64,000 bases of DNA. Origin: Thermodesulfobacteriota bacterium (GTDB lineage: Bacteria; Desulfobacterota; Desulfobacteria; Desulfobacterales; SURF-7). Location: positions 32,001 through 96,000 of the forward strand of contig JBMORA010000028.1 in NCBI GenBank assembly GCA_049320885.1. Reading direction: 5' to 3'. The notes under the pieces were generated by a model, which was given only the letters and a program-made list of their open reading frames with translations, did no database searches and was not told the DNA's origin. Of this stretch, positions 46,729 to 55,881 are shown piece after piece. The position numbers were made by a program, and so were the translations under genes. How positions within the stretch are numbered: position 1 is the first letter of the stretch; the number at the start of each line of letters is the position of its first letter.

Positions 46729-47898
46729 TCACGGTCGGGCCTGCGTCAGTCCCCCGGTGAAGACCCCGCCGCGGCGACGGATCAGAGCCGCCAACTCGGG
46801 TCGCCGGGCGGCCACCGCCAGATCCCCTACGGTAAACGTCGTGCCGCCCTGCGTATAGAGGCGTTTGATATCGCATCCCGACTCGACAAGAACCCGGGCG
46901 ATCTCGTCACGACCGTTCATGATGGCTTTAAATATGGGCGGAGACTCGTCATTATCCGCGTCAGGAAGCGCACCCTTCGCGAGCAGCAACCGGACCATCT
47001 CCAGATCACCCGAGTAGGCCGCTATCTCTATCGGCGTTTTCAGGATCATTTTGTTTTTGCTGTTGAGATCGACACCGGCTTCAACGAGCAGACGCGCCAA
47101 ATCCGTTCGTCCCTTCTCCAGCGCCAGATGAAGTGGGGTCCGATTGTATTCATCGGTTTTGTTGATCCCCTTTTTTTCGAGAATCAATTGCCGGGCTTCG
47201 TCAAAACGTTCCTCCTGCAGGGCCTTCATCAAGCCCCAGCCAAAACCCAAATGCAGTTGTTCAACGAAGGGGTTCAACGCCTTAACCAGAGAAATAAAAA
47301 GCACGAGCGCCACGAAGATGCCGGTTCCCTTCAGAATGGTGCTGACACGGATGGGACCGACTTGCGAAGAAAAAATCTCCTTAACCTCTTCGGTCATCCG
47401 ATCGGATATCATTCTTCCCTGGGGCGTTGCCAAGGACGGAATAACGAACTTCCCGATCAGCAAGGGAATCAGTATGAAGCCTACTCCGAGAGCCAAAATG
47501 AGGATATCCAGCAGGTAGAGGGAATGGAATCCCGCGATACGGTGGTTACCGGAGGGAGATACAATGACCTCGATCTCCTGATCCGGCTTGAACCATTCGA
47601 CAAAATGATGTTTCGTCTCGGTCACCTGGTATCGTTTGCCGTCCTTCGAGGTAAATTCAAAATGAGGATAGCTCATGACAGACGTGTGGTAACCGGAATC
47701 CGTATTCCCGAATACATCGGTCGTTGTGCTGTGCGACTGGACCTCTTCAGTGACATAATATCTGAAGAAACCCTTCGCACGTTCCGGGGTATTCCTGACA
47801 AACCGCAGCGTGCCGAGAATCTCCAAGCCGCCGTAAAGAGAGATGGCTATGCCGACAAGCACAAAGCCGGCCAGCATGTATTTCAGAAAGGTGACCAC
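46729..47898 (-). CDS. Membrane protein with DUF3592-like N-terminus and ankyrin repeats
   Basis: Three TM segments, YPHFEFTSKDGKRY, ankyrin motifs TPLHLALEKG, TPIEIAAYSG, PPIFKAIMNG. Confidence 0.8.
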   Translation of the reverse strand: MVTFLKYMLAGFVLVGIAISLYGGLEILGTLRFVRNTPERAKGFFRYYVTEEVQSHSTTTDVFGNTDSGYHTSVMSYPHFEFTSKDGKRYQVTETKHHFVEWFKPDQEIEVIVSPSGNHRIAGFHSLYLLDILILALGVGFILIPLLIGKFVIPSLATPQGRMISDRMTEEVKEIFSSQVGPIRVSTILKGTGIFVALVLFISLVKALNPFVEQLHLGFGWGLMKALQEERFDEARQLILEKKGINKTDEYNRTPLHLALEKGRTDLARLLVEAGVDLNSKNKMILKTPIEIAAYSGDLEMVRLLLAKGALPDADNDESPPIFKAIMNGRDEIARVLVESGCDIKRLYTQGGTTFTVGDLAVAARRPELAALIRRRGGVFTGGLTQARP

Positions 47899-48180
47899 AT
47901 ATCCCCTTTATTCCTGCATGATGGCTTTTGGATTGGTGAGACTTGCTGTTATCGCCTGCCGGGATTTGACTCCTTTTGATTTCTCTTAAAAGCCGTTTTT
48001 AGCCCAGAAAAACTAGTTCCAAAGGCTAAATTGACCATACATTAACCACCTTTTTTGCTGTTTTTCAAGTTTTTATCTCGACATACAGGGCATTTGACGG
48101 GAGTTAAAAAAATACGTACGAAAAGGAAAAGCTGATTTCATCGATCCCGCCTCCGCCCACTCTATCAAAAGAGGAAACAC

Positions 48181-48345
48181 TGGACATGGAATCCAGTTCA
48201 ACTGCAGGCCTTGGAAGTAACCAACTCCAAAGGGCCGGGTAATATTCTGGCCCTTGAAATGGAAAGCGGAGACCTGAGCGAGGTGTTTACCGGCTTCGGT
48301 GAACGGGGCGTCAGTGCCGTAAAAGTAACCGAATTATTTGGTTAA
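48181..48345 (+). pseudogene. rtcA: Internal fragment of RNA 3'-terminal phosphate cyclase
   Basis: Not in the ORF track. Frame from 48181 reads WTWNPVQLQALEVTNSKGPGNILALEMESGDLSEVFTGFGERGVSAVKVTELFG*, matching the RtcA segment GPGN...E.F...GE..VSA. No N- or C-terminus present. Confidence 0.7.
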
Positions 48346-48361
48346 AAGCTCCAGAAGGAAC

Positions 48362-48385
48362 CGGCGGAGCCAAACGGCTCCGCCG
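48362..48385. terminator. GC-rich hairpin, possible terminator for the minus-strand acyl-CoA dehydrogenase operon
   Basis: Perfect 10-bp stem CGGCGGAGCC-AAAC-GGCTCCGCCG about 100 bp past the stop. U-tract is weak. Confidence 0.45.
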
Positions 48386-48487
48386 CGTAGGTGAAAAAGC
48401 GGAAGACGAACCAGTTGCCGGATTCAGCGCAGAGGGAAAACAGGACGCCGAACACGGACGGAAAAACATTCGTAATTCGTAATTCTT

Positions 48488-50305
48488 TTACACTCCCCCA
48501 AATCCCTCATCATCAATATCAATGGCAGCCCCGCATTTCCCGTTGATGGCCTCCATTTTGCCCATGGTCACCGGAAGCACGGTGCTGATGAAGAATTCAG
48601 CGGTCTTGATCTGGCCTTTATAAAAAATTTCGTCTTTTTTCTTGGTCCCGTTTTGCAGCTGCCGGGAAGCGGTCACCGCCCGCCACAGAAGCATCCACGC
48701 CATGATGACATCGCCCATGGCGTCCAGGAATGGCCAGGAATGGGCGAACGCTGTCTTGAATTCCAGCGACATGGCGGTTTTTCCCAGTTTCATGGCGGTC
48801 TCCCCCAGGCGGTTCACCGCGGCCTCGACCTTGCCGGCCAGTGGTTCCAGTTCCGGTTGTTGCTTGGCAAGGGTCGTGATCTTTTGAATTTCCCCCAGGA
48901 AGGAGACAAACACCTGGCCTTTTTTCATGCCCAGTTTGCGGCCCAGCAGATCCATGGCCTGGACCCCGCTGGTGCCTTCGAAAATCGATGTGATTTTGCA
49001 GTCCCGGGCATACTGCTCCACCGGGTAGTCCCGGCAGTAACCGGCTCCGCCGAACACCTGGATGGCCTGGACGCAGACCTCGTGGCCGTGGACGGACAGA
49101 TAATCCTTGATGAGGGGGGTCATGAGTTCGAACATGTCGTTATAGAGTCCGCGCTCCGCTTCCGATGCCGCCAGAATCGCCCGTGTCCGGCAGGAAGCCA
49201 TATAATAGAAGAAACTGCGCATACCGTCCACATGGGCTTTCATCCACAACAGATTCCGGCGCACATCCGGATGGTTGATGATGGCCACGGACGGGGCTTC
49301 CGGATTCGCGAAATCCTTCAGGTCCCGGCCCTGGATTCGTTCCCGGGCATAGTTGACCGCCAGCATATAGGCGGCGGATGCATAGGCCAGGGCCTGGAGG
49401 CCGGTGGCCATGCGCGCGCCGTTCATCATGTTGAACATGATCTTCATCCCCTGGCGCTCCTCGCCCAGCAGATATCCGATACATCGCCCCCTGGTTCCCA
49501 GGGCCATGGAGCAGGTGGCGCTGCCGTGAATGCCCATCTTTTCCTCTACTCCGGTGCAGACGATATCGTTGCGCTCCCCCGGGCTGCCGTCGGCATTCAC
49601 CAGAAACTTGGGCACGATAAAGATGGAGATACCTTTGGTGCCGGCCGGATCGCCTTCGATCCGGGCCAGCACCGGGTGAATGATGTTGTCGCACAGGTCG
49701 AACTCGCCGTCGGTGATGAAAATTTTATTGCCGGTGAGCGTGTACGTACCGTCCGCGTTTCGCTGCGCCGATGTGGTCAGGGCGCCCACATCGGTTCCGG
49801 CATTGGCCTCGGTGAGCAGCATGGTGCCGCCCCATTCGCCCGACACCAGGCGCTGGACATAGGTCTTTTTTTGCTCCTCGGTGCCGTATTTTTCAATCAT
49901 GTCCGCGGTGCCGTTGCCCATGGAGGCATATACGTACAAGGGCCAGTTGGCGCCCATGAAATATTCGATGGCCGCGGTGGCAACCAGCCCCGGGGCGCCC
50001 TGACCGCCCATTTCGGTGGGCACCTGCAGGTTGCCCCAGTCGCCCTCCAGAAGCAATCGATGCACCCGGTGAAAGCTCTCCGGCACCTTCACCACGCCGT
50101 TGTCAAAACGGACCCCCACATGGTCGCCGTCCTGAAGGGTGGGCAACATTTCGGTAATGGCGAGCTTCCGCGCCTCGGTGATGATCATCTCGCATGTTTT
50201 TCTGTTGAAATCCTTATAAACATCGTATTGAAGCAGTTCTTCCCCCTGCATCTGTTCCCAGATGACAAAATCAATATCCCTTCTGTCGGCTATTTGCTGC
50301 GCCAT
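48488..50305 (-). CDS. Long (~600 aa) acyl-CoA dehydrogenase with C-terminal extension
   Basis: GTMLLTEANAGTDVG, GNKIFIT, EEKMGIHGSAT, MFNMMNGAR, FGGAGY, IFEGTSGVQAMDL. Confidence 0.93.
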   Translation of the reverse strand: MAQQIADRRDIDFVIWEQMQGEELLQYDVYKDFNRKTCEMIITEARKLAITEMLPTLQDGDHVGVRFDNGVVKVPESFHRVHRLLLEGDWGNLQVPTEMGGQGAPGLVATAAIEYFMGANWPLYVYASMGNGTADMIEKYGTEEQKKTYVQRLVSGEWGGTMLLTEANAGTDVGALTTSAQRNADGTYTLTGNKIFITDGEFDLCDNIIHPVLARIEGDPAGTKGISIFIVPKFLVNADGSPGERNDIVCTGVEEKMGIHGSATCSMALGTRGRCIGYLLGEERQGMKIMFNMMNGARMATGLQALAYASAAYMLAVNYARERIQGRDLKDFANPEAPSVAIINHPDVRRNLLWMKAHVDGMRSFFYYMASCRTRAILAASEAERGLYNDMFELMTPLIKDYLSVHGHEVCVQAIQVFGGAGYCRDYPVEQYARDCKITSIFEGTSGVQAMDLLGRKLGMKKGQVFVSFLGEIQKITTLAKQQPELEPLAGKVEAAVNRLGETAMKLGKTAMSLEFKTAFAHSWPFLDAMGDVIMAWMLLWRAVTASRQLQNGTKKKDEIFYKGQIKTAEFFISTVLPVTMGKMEAINGKCGAAIDIDDEGFGGV

Positions 50306-50336
50306 GATGCCTTACTCCTTTTGGATTGAAATTGGG

Positions 50337-51488
50337 TTAACGGTATTTGCCCTCTTTGATGATTCGGGTGGGCTTAAAAATTTCCTTGTGAAATTTGGAT
50401 GCCAGGCCTTCCAGCCGCCGGGTCAGATCTTCCGGTGGAATTGCCTTGATCAGACGGATCAGCCCCATGGGATTGCCCGTGGCGTTGATGATGGCCGTAT
50501 CCACATCCTCAAAGGAGCAAACCCCCATTTCAACGATTTTCGTGGCTTCATTGGCATTCACCGCCACCAGGTCCATGGGATCGAATTTGTCCGTGGCTTT
50601 GGCGAGATCGATTGTCGGCCGGCCCCGGGACCAGTCAAACAGCCCTTTTCCGGTTTTCTTGCCCAGCTCGCCCGCCTTATACTTGGCTGACAGTGTTTCC
50701 CCCATGCCGAAATCCGGATGAATCGCCTCGGCGAAGTAGCTGCTGGCATGATAATTGATGTCAATTCCGGTATAATCTATGGTTTCATATGGTCCCATGG
50801 GCATTCCCAGTTTGCGCATCACCGCGTCAACCTCTTCCGGTCCGGCGATTTTCTCATCCAGAATGCAATTGAGGAGCACTCCGGCAGGGGCCTGAACGCG
50901 ATTGACGATAAAACCGGGCGTGTCCTTGTTGACCCGCACCGGAATTTTGTTGGTTTTCACCACAAAGTCATAGGCAACCGTCATGGTTTCCTCGGATGTG
51001 TTGTCACTGCGGATGACCTCCACCAGTTTCATCAGGATGGCGGGATTGAAATAGTGCAGGCCCACCACTTTTTCCGGCCGGGTTGTGGCGGCACCGAGTT
51101 GGGTGATGCTCATGGTGGAGGTGTTGGATGCGAAAACAGTGTGGGCCGGAGCGGATTTGTCCATGATCCGGAAGGTCTCTTTTTTCAATTCCATGATTTC
51201 CGGGATCGCTTCGATGACCAGATCCGCCTCCCGCACCGCCTCTTCGAGGCTGACCACCGGAACCAGGAGGGCGGTCTTGATGGATGCGAAATGAGACGCG
51301 GAAACCTTCCCCTTGGCGGATAGCTTCTCCAGGCTTGCCATGATCCTTACCACCCCGCGGTCGACGAATTCCGGTTTGATATCCCGTAAAAACACGCGGT
51401 ATCCGGCAATCAGCGCGACTTCCGCAATGCCGTGCCCCATGTCGCCGGCGCCGATCACCGCGACGGTCCTGATGTCGTCAGCTTTCAT
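50337..51488 (-). CDS. 3-hydroxyacyl-CoA dehydrogenase (duplicated C-terminal domain)
   Basis: VIGAGDMGHGIA, EAIPE, ASNTST, GLHYFNP, PGFIVNR, PMGP. GGAGG RBS precedes ATG 51488. Confidence 0.93.
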   Translation of the reverse strand: MKADDIRTVAVIGAGDMGHGIAEVALIAGYRVFLRDIKPEFVDRGVVRIMASLEKLSAKGKVSASHFASIKTALLVPVVSLEEAVREADLVIEAIPEIMELKKETFRIMDKSAPAHTVFASNTSTMSITQLGAATTRPEKVVGLHYFNPAILMKLVEVIRSDNTSEETMTVAYDFVVKTNKIPVRVNKDTPGFIVNRVQAPAGVLLNCILDEKIAGPEEVDAVMRKLGMPMGPYETIDYTGIDINYHASSYFAEAIHPDFGMGETLSAKYKAGELGKKTGKGLFDWSRGRPTIDLAKATDKFDPMDLVAVNANEATKIVEMGVCSFEDVDTAIINATGNPMGLIRLIKAIPPEDLTRRLEGLASKFHKEIFKPTRIIKEGKYR

Positions 51489-51557
51489 AACCCCTCCTGT
51501 ATATAAGTAAGTTAAACCGCAGAAGTAACAGAACGTGTTTCCCATTGACTTAAATTA

Positions 51558-51578
51558 TGTAGTGAACTATACACTACA
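51558..51578. promoter_or_regulatory. Palindromic operator between the divergent beta-oxidation genes and the MerR regulator
   Basis: TGTAGTG-N7-CACTACA overlapping TTGACT(51545)-N17-TATACA / N19-TACACT. Confidence 0.6.
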
Positions 51579-51668
51579 CGTAAATCTGATTAATATCGCT
51601 GTGGATATTTGTCAAGCCATTATTTACATGGGAGATCCCTCAACCCCCATCATGCGAGCTGGAATAAC

Positions 51669-52397
51669 ATGAAAATCAGTGAATTGATCCGGCAGACCGG
51701 CGTTTCCAAAGAAACCATCCATTATTACATCCGGGAAGGCGTCCTGCCCAAACCCCGCAAAACGGGTAAAAACACGGCGGAATACAACGAATCCCACGTG
51801 GAGCAGATCCGCACCGTCAAGGCCCTGCGGGAAAATTATTACCTGCCCATCCCGGTGATCAAAAAGCTCATTAAAAAACACAACAAACAAACCCATCCGG
51901 AAAAATCCTCATTTCAATTTTTGATTGAAAAATTCAAACCCCTGGAACAGCTTCTTTCCAGCGAGGGAGTGACGGGACGGGAAGCATTCAAGGACATCAC
52001 GGGTCTTTCCGAAAAATGGCTGCTGAAAATGGAGGAATGGAGAATTCTTACGCCCCTGGAGCAGGACGGGGAGGTTTTTTATTCCGCGGACAACGTCATC
52101 ATCGGGAAACTGCTGGTGGAAATGGACCGCACCGGCATCGGACCAAGGGACGGGTTTGATCCGGCCGAGCTGACGAATTTTACCGATCTCTTCCGCGAAT
52201 TGGTGTCGAAAAATTTAAACCGCTTCATGCAGGCCGGATGGAACCGAATGAATCCGGACCAGTTGCGGAAAAAAGGGAGCCAGTCCACGGAGCTCATGAG
52301 CCTGTTCTTTTATCACCTGTACCGCAAGCTGGTGAAGGAGGAATACAAACGCTACCTGGCCGCCCAGGAATCGCAAGATCATGGAAAGGACCAATGA
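51669..52397 (+). CDS. MerR-family transcriptional regulator
   Basis: MKISELIRQTGVSKETIHYYIREGVLPKP helix-turn-helix. Confidence 0.9.
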   Translation: MKISELIRQTGVSKETIHYYIREGVLPKPRKTGKNTAEYNESHVEQIRTVKALRENYYLPIPVIKKLIKKHNKQTHPEKSSFQFLIEKFKPLEQLLSSEGVTGREAFKDITGLSEKWLLKMEEWRILTPLEQDGEVFYSADNVIIGKLLVEMDRTGIGPRDGFDPAELTNFTDLFRELVSKNLNRFMQAGWNRMNPDQLRKKGSQSTELMSLFFYHLYRKLVKEEYKRYLAAQESQDHGKDQ

Positions 52398-52516
52398 CCT
52401 GGCAAACGGAGTTCCCGTGTTGTTGTAACGAGGCAGTCGGCACCGGTCCAGGCTTGGATTTTTCCCCGACTGTCGGTGCTTTCCTTTTCCGGGTAGGGAT
52501 GATCTGTGGTAATGGG

Positions 52517-53293
52517 TTACGGATTGTCAGCCAGCCGGAAAGATTCCATCCAGGCCAACAGGTTGGGCAGATGGGAGCCTTCCCAGTATATTTGGCCGCA
52601 ATCCCGGCAACGGTAGAAAATCTCATAGTACATGCGGGTCTTGGGTTCCAGCAGGTATAGGACCGCGGCCTTGTCCACGGGCGCGATCATGCCGTTGCAG
52701 CGGCTGCAGCGGGTGAAGGGCCGGATTTGGCAGCGGAGGTCGAAACGGTCGAGTACTTCCCGCACCTGGGTGTCAGCGTGGGCGGAGCGGACCCAATAGC
52801 CGTGGGTCACGGATTTGGCGTGCAGCAGGCGCCGGTCCCGGGTCAGGATGATCCGGTTTTCGGCCGCGGCCAGGGCCACGATCTCGGGGTCCGCGTAATC
52901 GTTGCGGTAGAGGCAGTCGAACCCCAGCAGGCGCAGGCGGCGGACCAGCTTTCCCAGATGCACATCCAGCACGAAAGCCGGCCGGCGGAGCGGTTCGGGC
53001 CGCAACCGGACCAGGGGCGTGATGTCCAGGCTCTCGAAGACCGGATACACGCTGACCCGGTCGCCGTCAACAAGCCGGTGATCAAAGGCGACGGATACCC
53101 CGTTGACCAGGATCAGGTCCACTTCGGTATGGGGGACGCCCAGGGCCTCGATGGCGAATTTCACGCTGGGTTTGCCGTCAAAGCGAAACGGAATCGGCTG
53201 TTTCCGTTGAAACGGTTTCAGGAAATCGTTCAGTTCCTCGTAAAACCGCAATTCGGCCTGAAACTCATGGGGATTGGCTATTTCCGGCGCCAT
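52517..53293 (-). CDS. Mut7-C RNase domain protein with N-terminal ubiquitin-like domain
   Basis: RFYEELNDFL, LGVPHTEV, DVHLGKL, LTRDR, RCSRCN, CRDCGQIYWEGSH. Confidence 0.9.
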   Translation of the reverse strand: MAPEIANPHEFQAELRFYEELNDFLKPFQRKQPIPFRFDGKPSVKFAIEALGVPHTEVDLILVNGVSVAFDHRLVDGDRVSVYPVFESLDITPLVRLRPEPLRRPAFVLDVHLGKLVRRLRLLGFDCLYRNDYADPEIVALAAAENRIILTRDRRLLHAKSVTHGYWVRSAHADTQVREVLDRFDLRCQIRPFTRCSRCNGMIAPVDKAAVLYLLEPKTRMYYEIFYRCRDCGQIYWEGSHLPNLLAWMESFRLADNP

Positions 53294-53312
53294 GGTGAAT
53301 TCCAGGATAGTT

Positions 53313-53792
53313 TCACTCGTCCTGCTCCGGGGAGGTTTCCGGCAACCGCACGGCGATCATGCTGCCGGTGGCGCAGACCGTCCCGCCCGCCGCAACCGAT
53401 AAGTCCACCGTGACCTTCCGGCCTTTGATTTCGCGGATCTCGCCGCGGATTTCCAATTCCTTGCCAAGGGGCGTGGGCCGCAGGTAATTGACGGTCAGGG
53501 AGGCGGTGACAAAGCGCATGGGCGGCCCGTTGCCCATCTCCCGGCCTTCGGCCCGGTAGGCTGCCGCGAACGCCGAACCGGCGCCATGGCAGTCCATGAG
53601 CGAGGCGATCAGGCCGCCGTAGACATTGCCCGGAAACCCGCCGGAATGATACGGCCGGGGCGTGAAATAGGCCACGGTGGTGTCACCGTCCCAATGACTT
53701 TTCAGACCGTACCCGTCGGCATTGTGCTTGCCGCACCCGTAACAGTGACTGTACTGATCCGCATAGTAATCCTGAAAGGCTGTATCGTTCAT
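53313..53792 (-). CDS. PaaI-family (hotdog) thioesterase
   Basis: CYGCG, GNVYGGLIASLMDCHG, VTASLTVNYLRPTP. Start moved to ATG 53792. Confidence 0.88.
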   Translation of the reverse strand: MNDTAFQDYYADQYSHCYGCGKHNADGYGLKSHWDGDTTVAYFTPRPYHSGGFPGNVYGGLIASLMDCHGAGSAFAAAYRAEGREMGNGPPMRFVTASLTVNYLRPTPLGKELEIRGEIREIKGRKVTVDLSVAAGGTVCATGSMIAVRLPETSPEQDE

Positions 53793-53967
53793 GTGATCGC
53801 CCTGACGTATCCAAAGAAAAGTTCCGTGGTTCCGTTTCAACGATCTGATTACAACAAAACGGGAAAACAGGCAACCGAAGGCTAATGGATGATAAACGGA
53901 AACAATCACCATGTTTGAAAATTCGGATTGATATTCCGGATTTTCAATGATAATTTTTCGCTTTGAT

Positions 53968-54729
53968 ATGCGCCCTAAAACCAGCAAACAGACGCCGCCC
54001 CACGACCGCATCATCCGCGACCTGCTGAAAGCGCTCCGGCCCCTCGCCTTTCCGCTGCCGGTCACCCATGTGTACAACCCCCTGGAATACGCCGCGGCCC
54101 CCCATCGTCTCTATCTGGAACGCTACGGCCGGCCGGTCAAAGAGGTGGTGCTGCTGGGCATGAATCCGGGCCCCTGGGGCATGGCCCAGACCGGCGTGCC
54201 CTTCGGCGAAGTCGGTCTGGTGACATCCTGGCTGGGAATACAGGCGCCCGTGAATCAGCCGTTGAAGGTTCATCCCAAACGCCCCGTCCATGGATTTTCC
54301 TGCCCCAGGAGCGAAGTCAGCGGGAAACGGCTGTGGGGCTGGGCCAAAAGCCGCTTCGGCTCGCCGGAACGGTTTTTTGACCGCTTTTTCGTGGCCAATT
54401 ACTGCCCGCTGGTCTTCATGGAAGCCTCGGGAAAGAACCGGACCCCGGACAACCTGCCGCCGGAAGCACGCACCCCCCTGCTGGCCGCCTGCGACGAGGC
54501 CCTGCGCCAGACCATTGATCTGTTGCGACCCCGATTCGTGGTGGGGATCGGTCGCTTTGCCGCGGACCGGGCCCGCCAGGCCTTGACCGGTTTCACGGAC
54601 GTCATCGGCCAGGCCACCCACCCCAGTCCGGCCAATCCCAAAGCCAACCGGGGATGGGAGGCGCTCTTCGAACATGAACTGGAAGCCCTGGGCATCCGGC
54701 TGCCCGGATCCGGCGAAAACCGCACATAA
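53968..54729 (+). CDS. SMUG1-type (family 3) uracil-DNA glycosylase
   Basis: VYNPLEYA, GMNPGPWGMAQTGVPFG, EVSGKRLW, NYCPL, HPSPANP. Confidence 0.92.
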   Translation: MRPKTSKQTPPHDRIIRDLLKALRPLAFPLPVTHVYNPLEYAAAPHRLYLERYGRPVKEVVLLGMNPGPWGMAQTGVPFGEVGLVTSWLGIQAPVNQPLKVHPKRPVHGFSCPRSEVSGKRLWGWAKSRFGSPERFFDRFFVANYCPLVFMEASGKNRTPDNLPPEARTPLLAACDEALRQTIDLLRPRFVVGIGRFAADRARQALTGFTDVIGQATHPSPANPKANRGWEALFEHELEALGIRLPGSGENRT

Positions 54730-54767
54730 TACCCATTCGATATAATGTTAAAACGATATTTGTTCTT

Positions 54768-54837
54768 CGGCGCTTGTCCGGAAGCCGGAGTCCACTGCCA
54801 TTCAACCTACTGGATGCCGGACCGAGTCCGGCGCGAA
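54768..54837. repeat. Degenerate REP-like palindromic element
   Basis: GCCGGAGTCCA...CTGGATGCCGGACCGAGTCCGGC; internal hairpin GCCGGAC-CGA-GTCCGGC. Resembles the intergenic CTGGATGCCGGATCAAGTCCGGCATGAC repeat type as I recall it. Single copy in the window. Confidence 0.5.
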
Positions 54838-54888
54838 AGAGACCGGGAACTCCGGCTTTTCCATGTATTTTTATTCCGATTCATGATA

Positions 54889-54921
54889 TTCTAACCGCTT
54901 CCTAACCAAATCCTAACAAAA
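54889..54921 (+). promoter_or_regulatory. Pho-box-like array of three 11-bp direct repeats
   Basis: TTCTAACCGCT / TCCTAACCAAA / TCCTAACAAAA about 60 bp upstream of pstC. Confidence 0.7.
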
Positions 54922-54983
54922 ATAAGTTTAGATGTCGGTGTGTTCGGATTGCGCCAGTACCTCATGGGGATGGGAGTTGTTGG

Positions 54984-55877
54984 ATGAAACACCGCCGCCA
55001 ATTGATGGAGAAAGGCATTCATTGGGCTTTTTTCCTGATCGCCTTCGCCTCCATATCGGTTTTGCTGATGATCGCCTTTTTTCTGTTCCTGGAAGGCCTG
55101 CCGATATTCCAGCGGGTGAGCGTCCGGGAATTCCTTTTCGGACAATACTGGTACCCCACCGCCGATCCCGCGGACTTCGGTATTTTCCCCCTGATAGTCG
55201 GTTCCCTGGCCGTAACCTTGGCCTCCTCCCTCATCGCCATCCCCCTGGGGGTCATGACCGCGGTATATCTGGCGGAAATCGCTTCCTTCCGGCTGCGGGA
55301 AATCGTCAAACCCCTGGTGGAAATCCTGGCGGCCCTGCCCTCGGTGGTAATCGGTTTTTTCGGCATGGTGGTGGTGGCGCCGTTCCTGCAGAGGCATTTC
55401 GACATCGTGACGGGCCTCAACCTGGTCAATGCGGCGATCATGCTGGCGTTCATGTCCGTGCCGACCATCTGCAGCATATCGGAGGACGCCATTTACAGCG
55501 TGCCGAACAACCTGAGGGAGGGTTCCCTGGCCCTGGGCGCCACCCATTGGGAAACCATTGTCCGGGTGGTGATTCCGGCCTCCGTTTCCGGGATCAGCAC
55601 GGCCGTCATCCTGGGTATGTCCCGCTCCATCGGGGAAACCATGGTGGTGCTGATGATCGCCGGCGGAGCCGCCATGGTTCCGGAATCGCTCTTTGATCCG
55701 GTGAGGCCCATGACGGCCAGCATCGCGGCGGAAATGGCCGAAGCGCCTTTCCGGGGCGATCACTACTACGCCCTCTTCGCCACCGGCATCGTTTTGTTTG
55801 TCTTCACCCTTGTATTCAATATCATAGCCGATACCATCGCGCATAAATCCAGACAGGTAGGCGAGGCCACCCTGTAA
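54984..55877 (+). CDS. pstC: Phosphate ABC transporter permease PstC
   Basis: FGIFPLIVGS, ILAALPSVVIG, SEDAI, ALGATHWETI, RSIGETMVV. Confidence 0.95.
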   Translation: MKHRRQLMEKGIHWAFFLIAFASISVLLMIAFFLFLEGLPIFQRVSVREFLFGQYWYPTADPADFGIFPLIVGSLAVTLASSLIAIPLGVMTAVYLAEIASFRLREIVKPLVEILAALPSVVIGFFGMVVVAPFLQRHFDIVTGLNLVNAAIMLAFMSVPTICSISEDAIYSVPNNLREGSLALGATHWETIVRVVIPASVSGISTAVILGMSRSIGETMVVLMIAGGAAMVPESLFDPVRPMTASIAAEMAEAPFRGDHYYALFATGIVLFVFTLVFNIIADTIAHKSRQVGEATL

Positions 55878-55881
55878 TATC

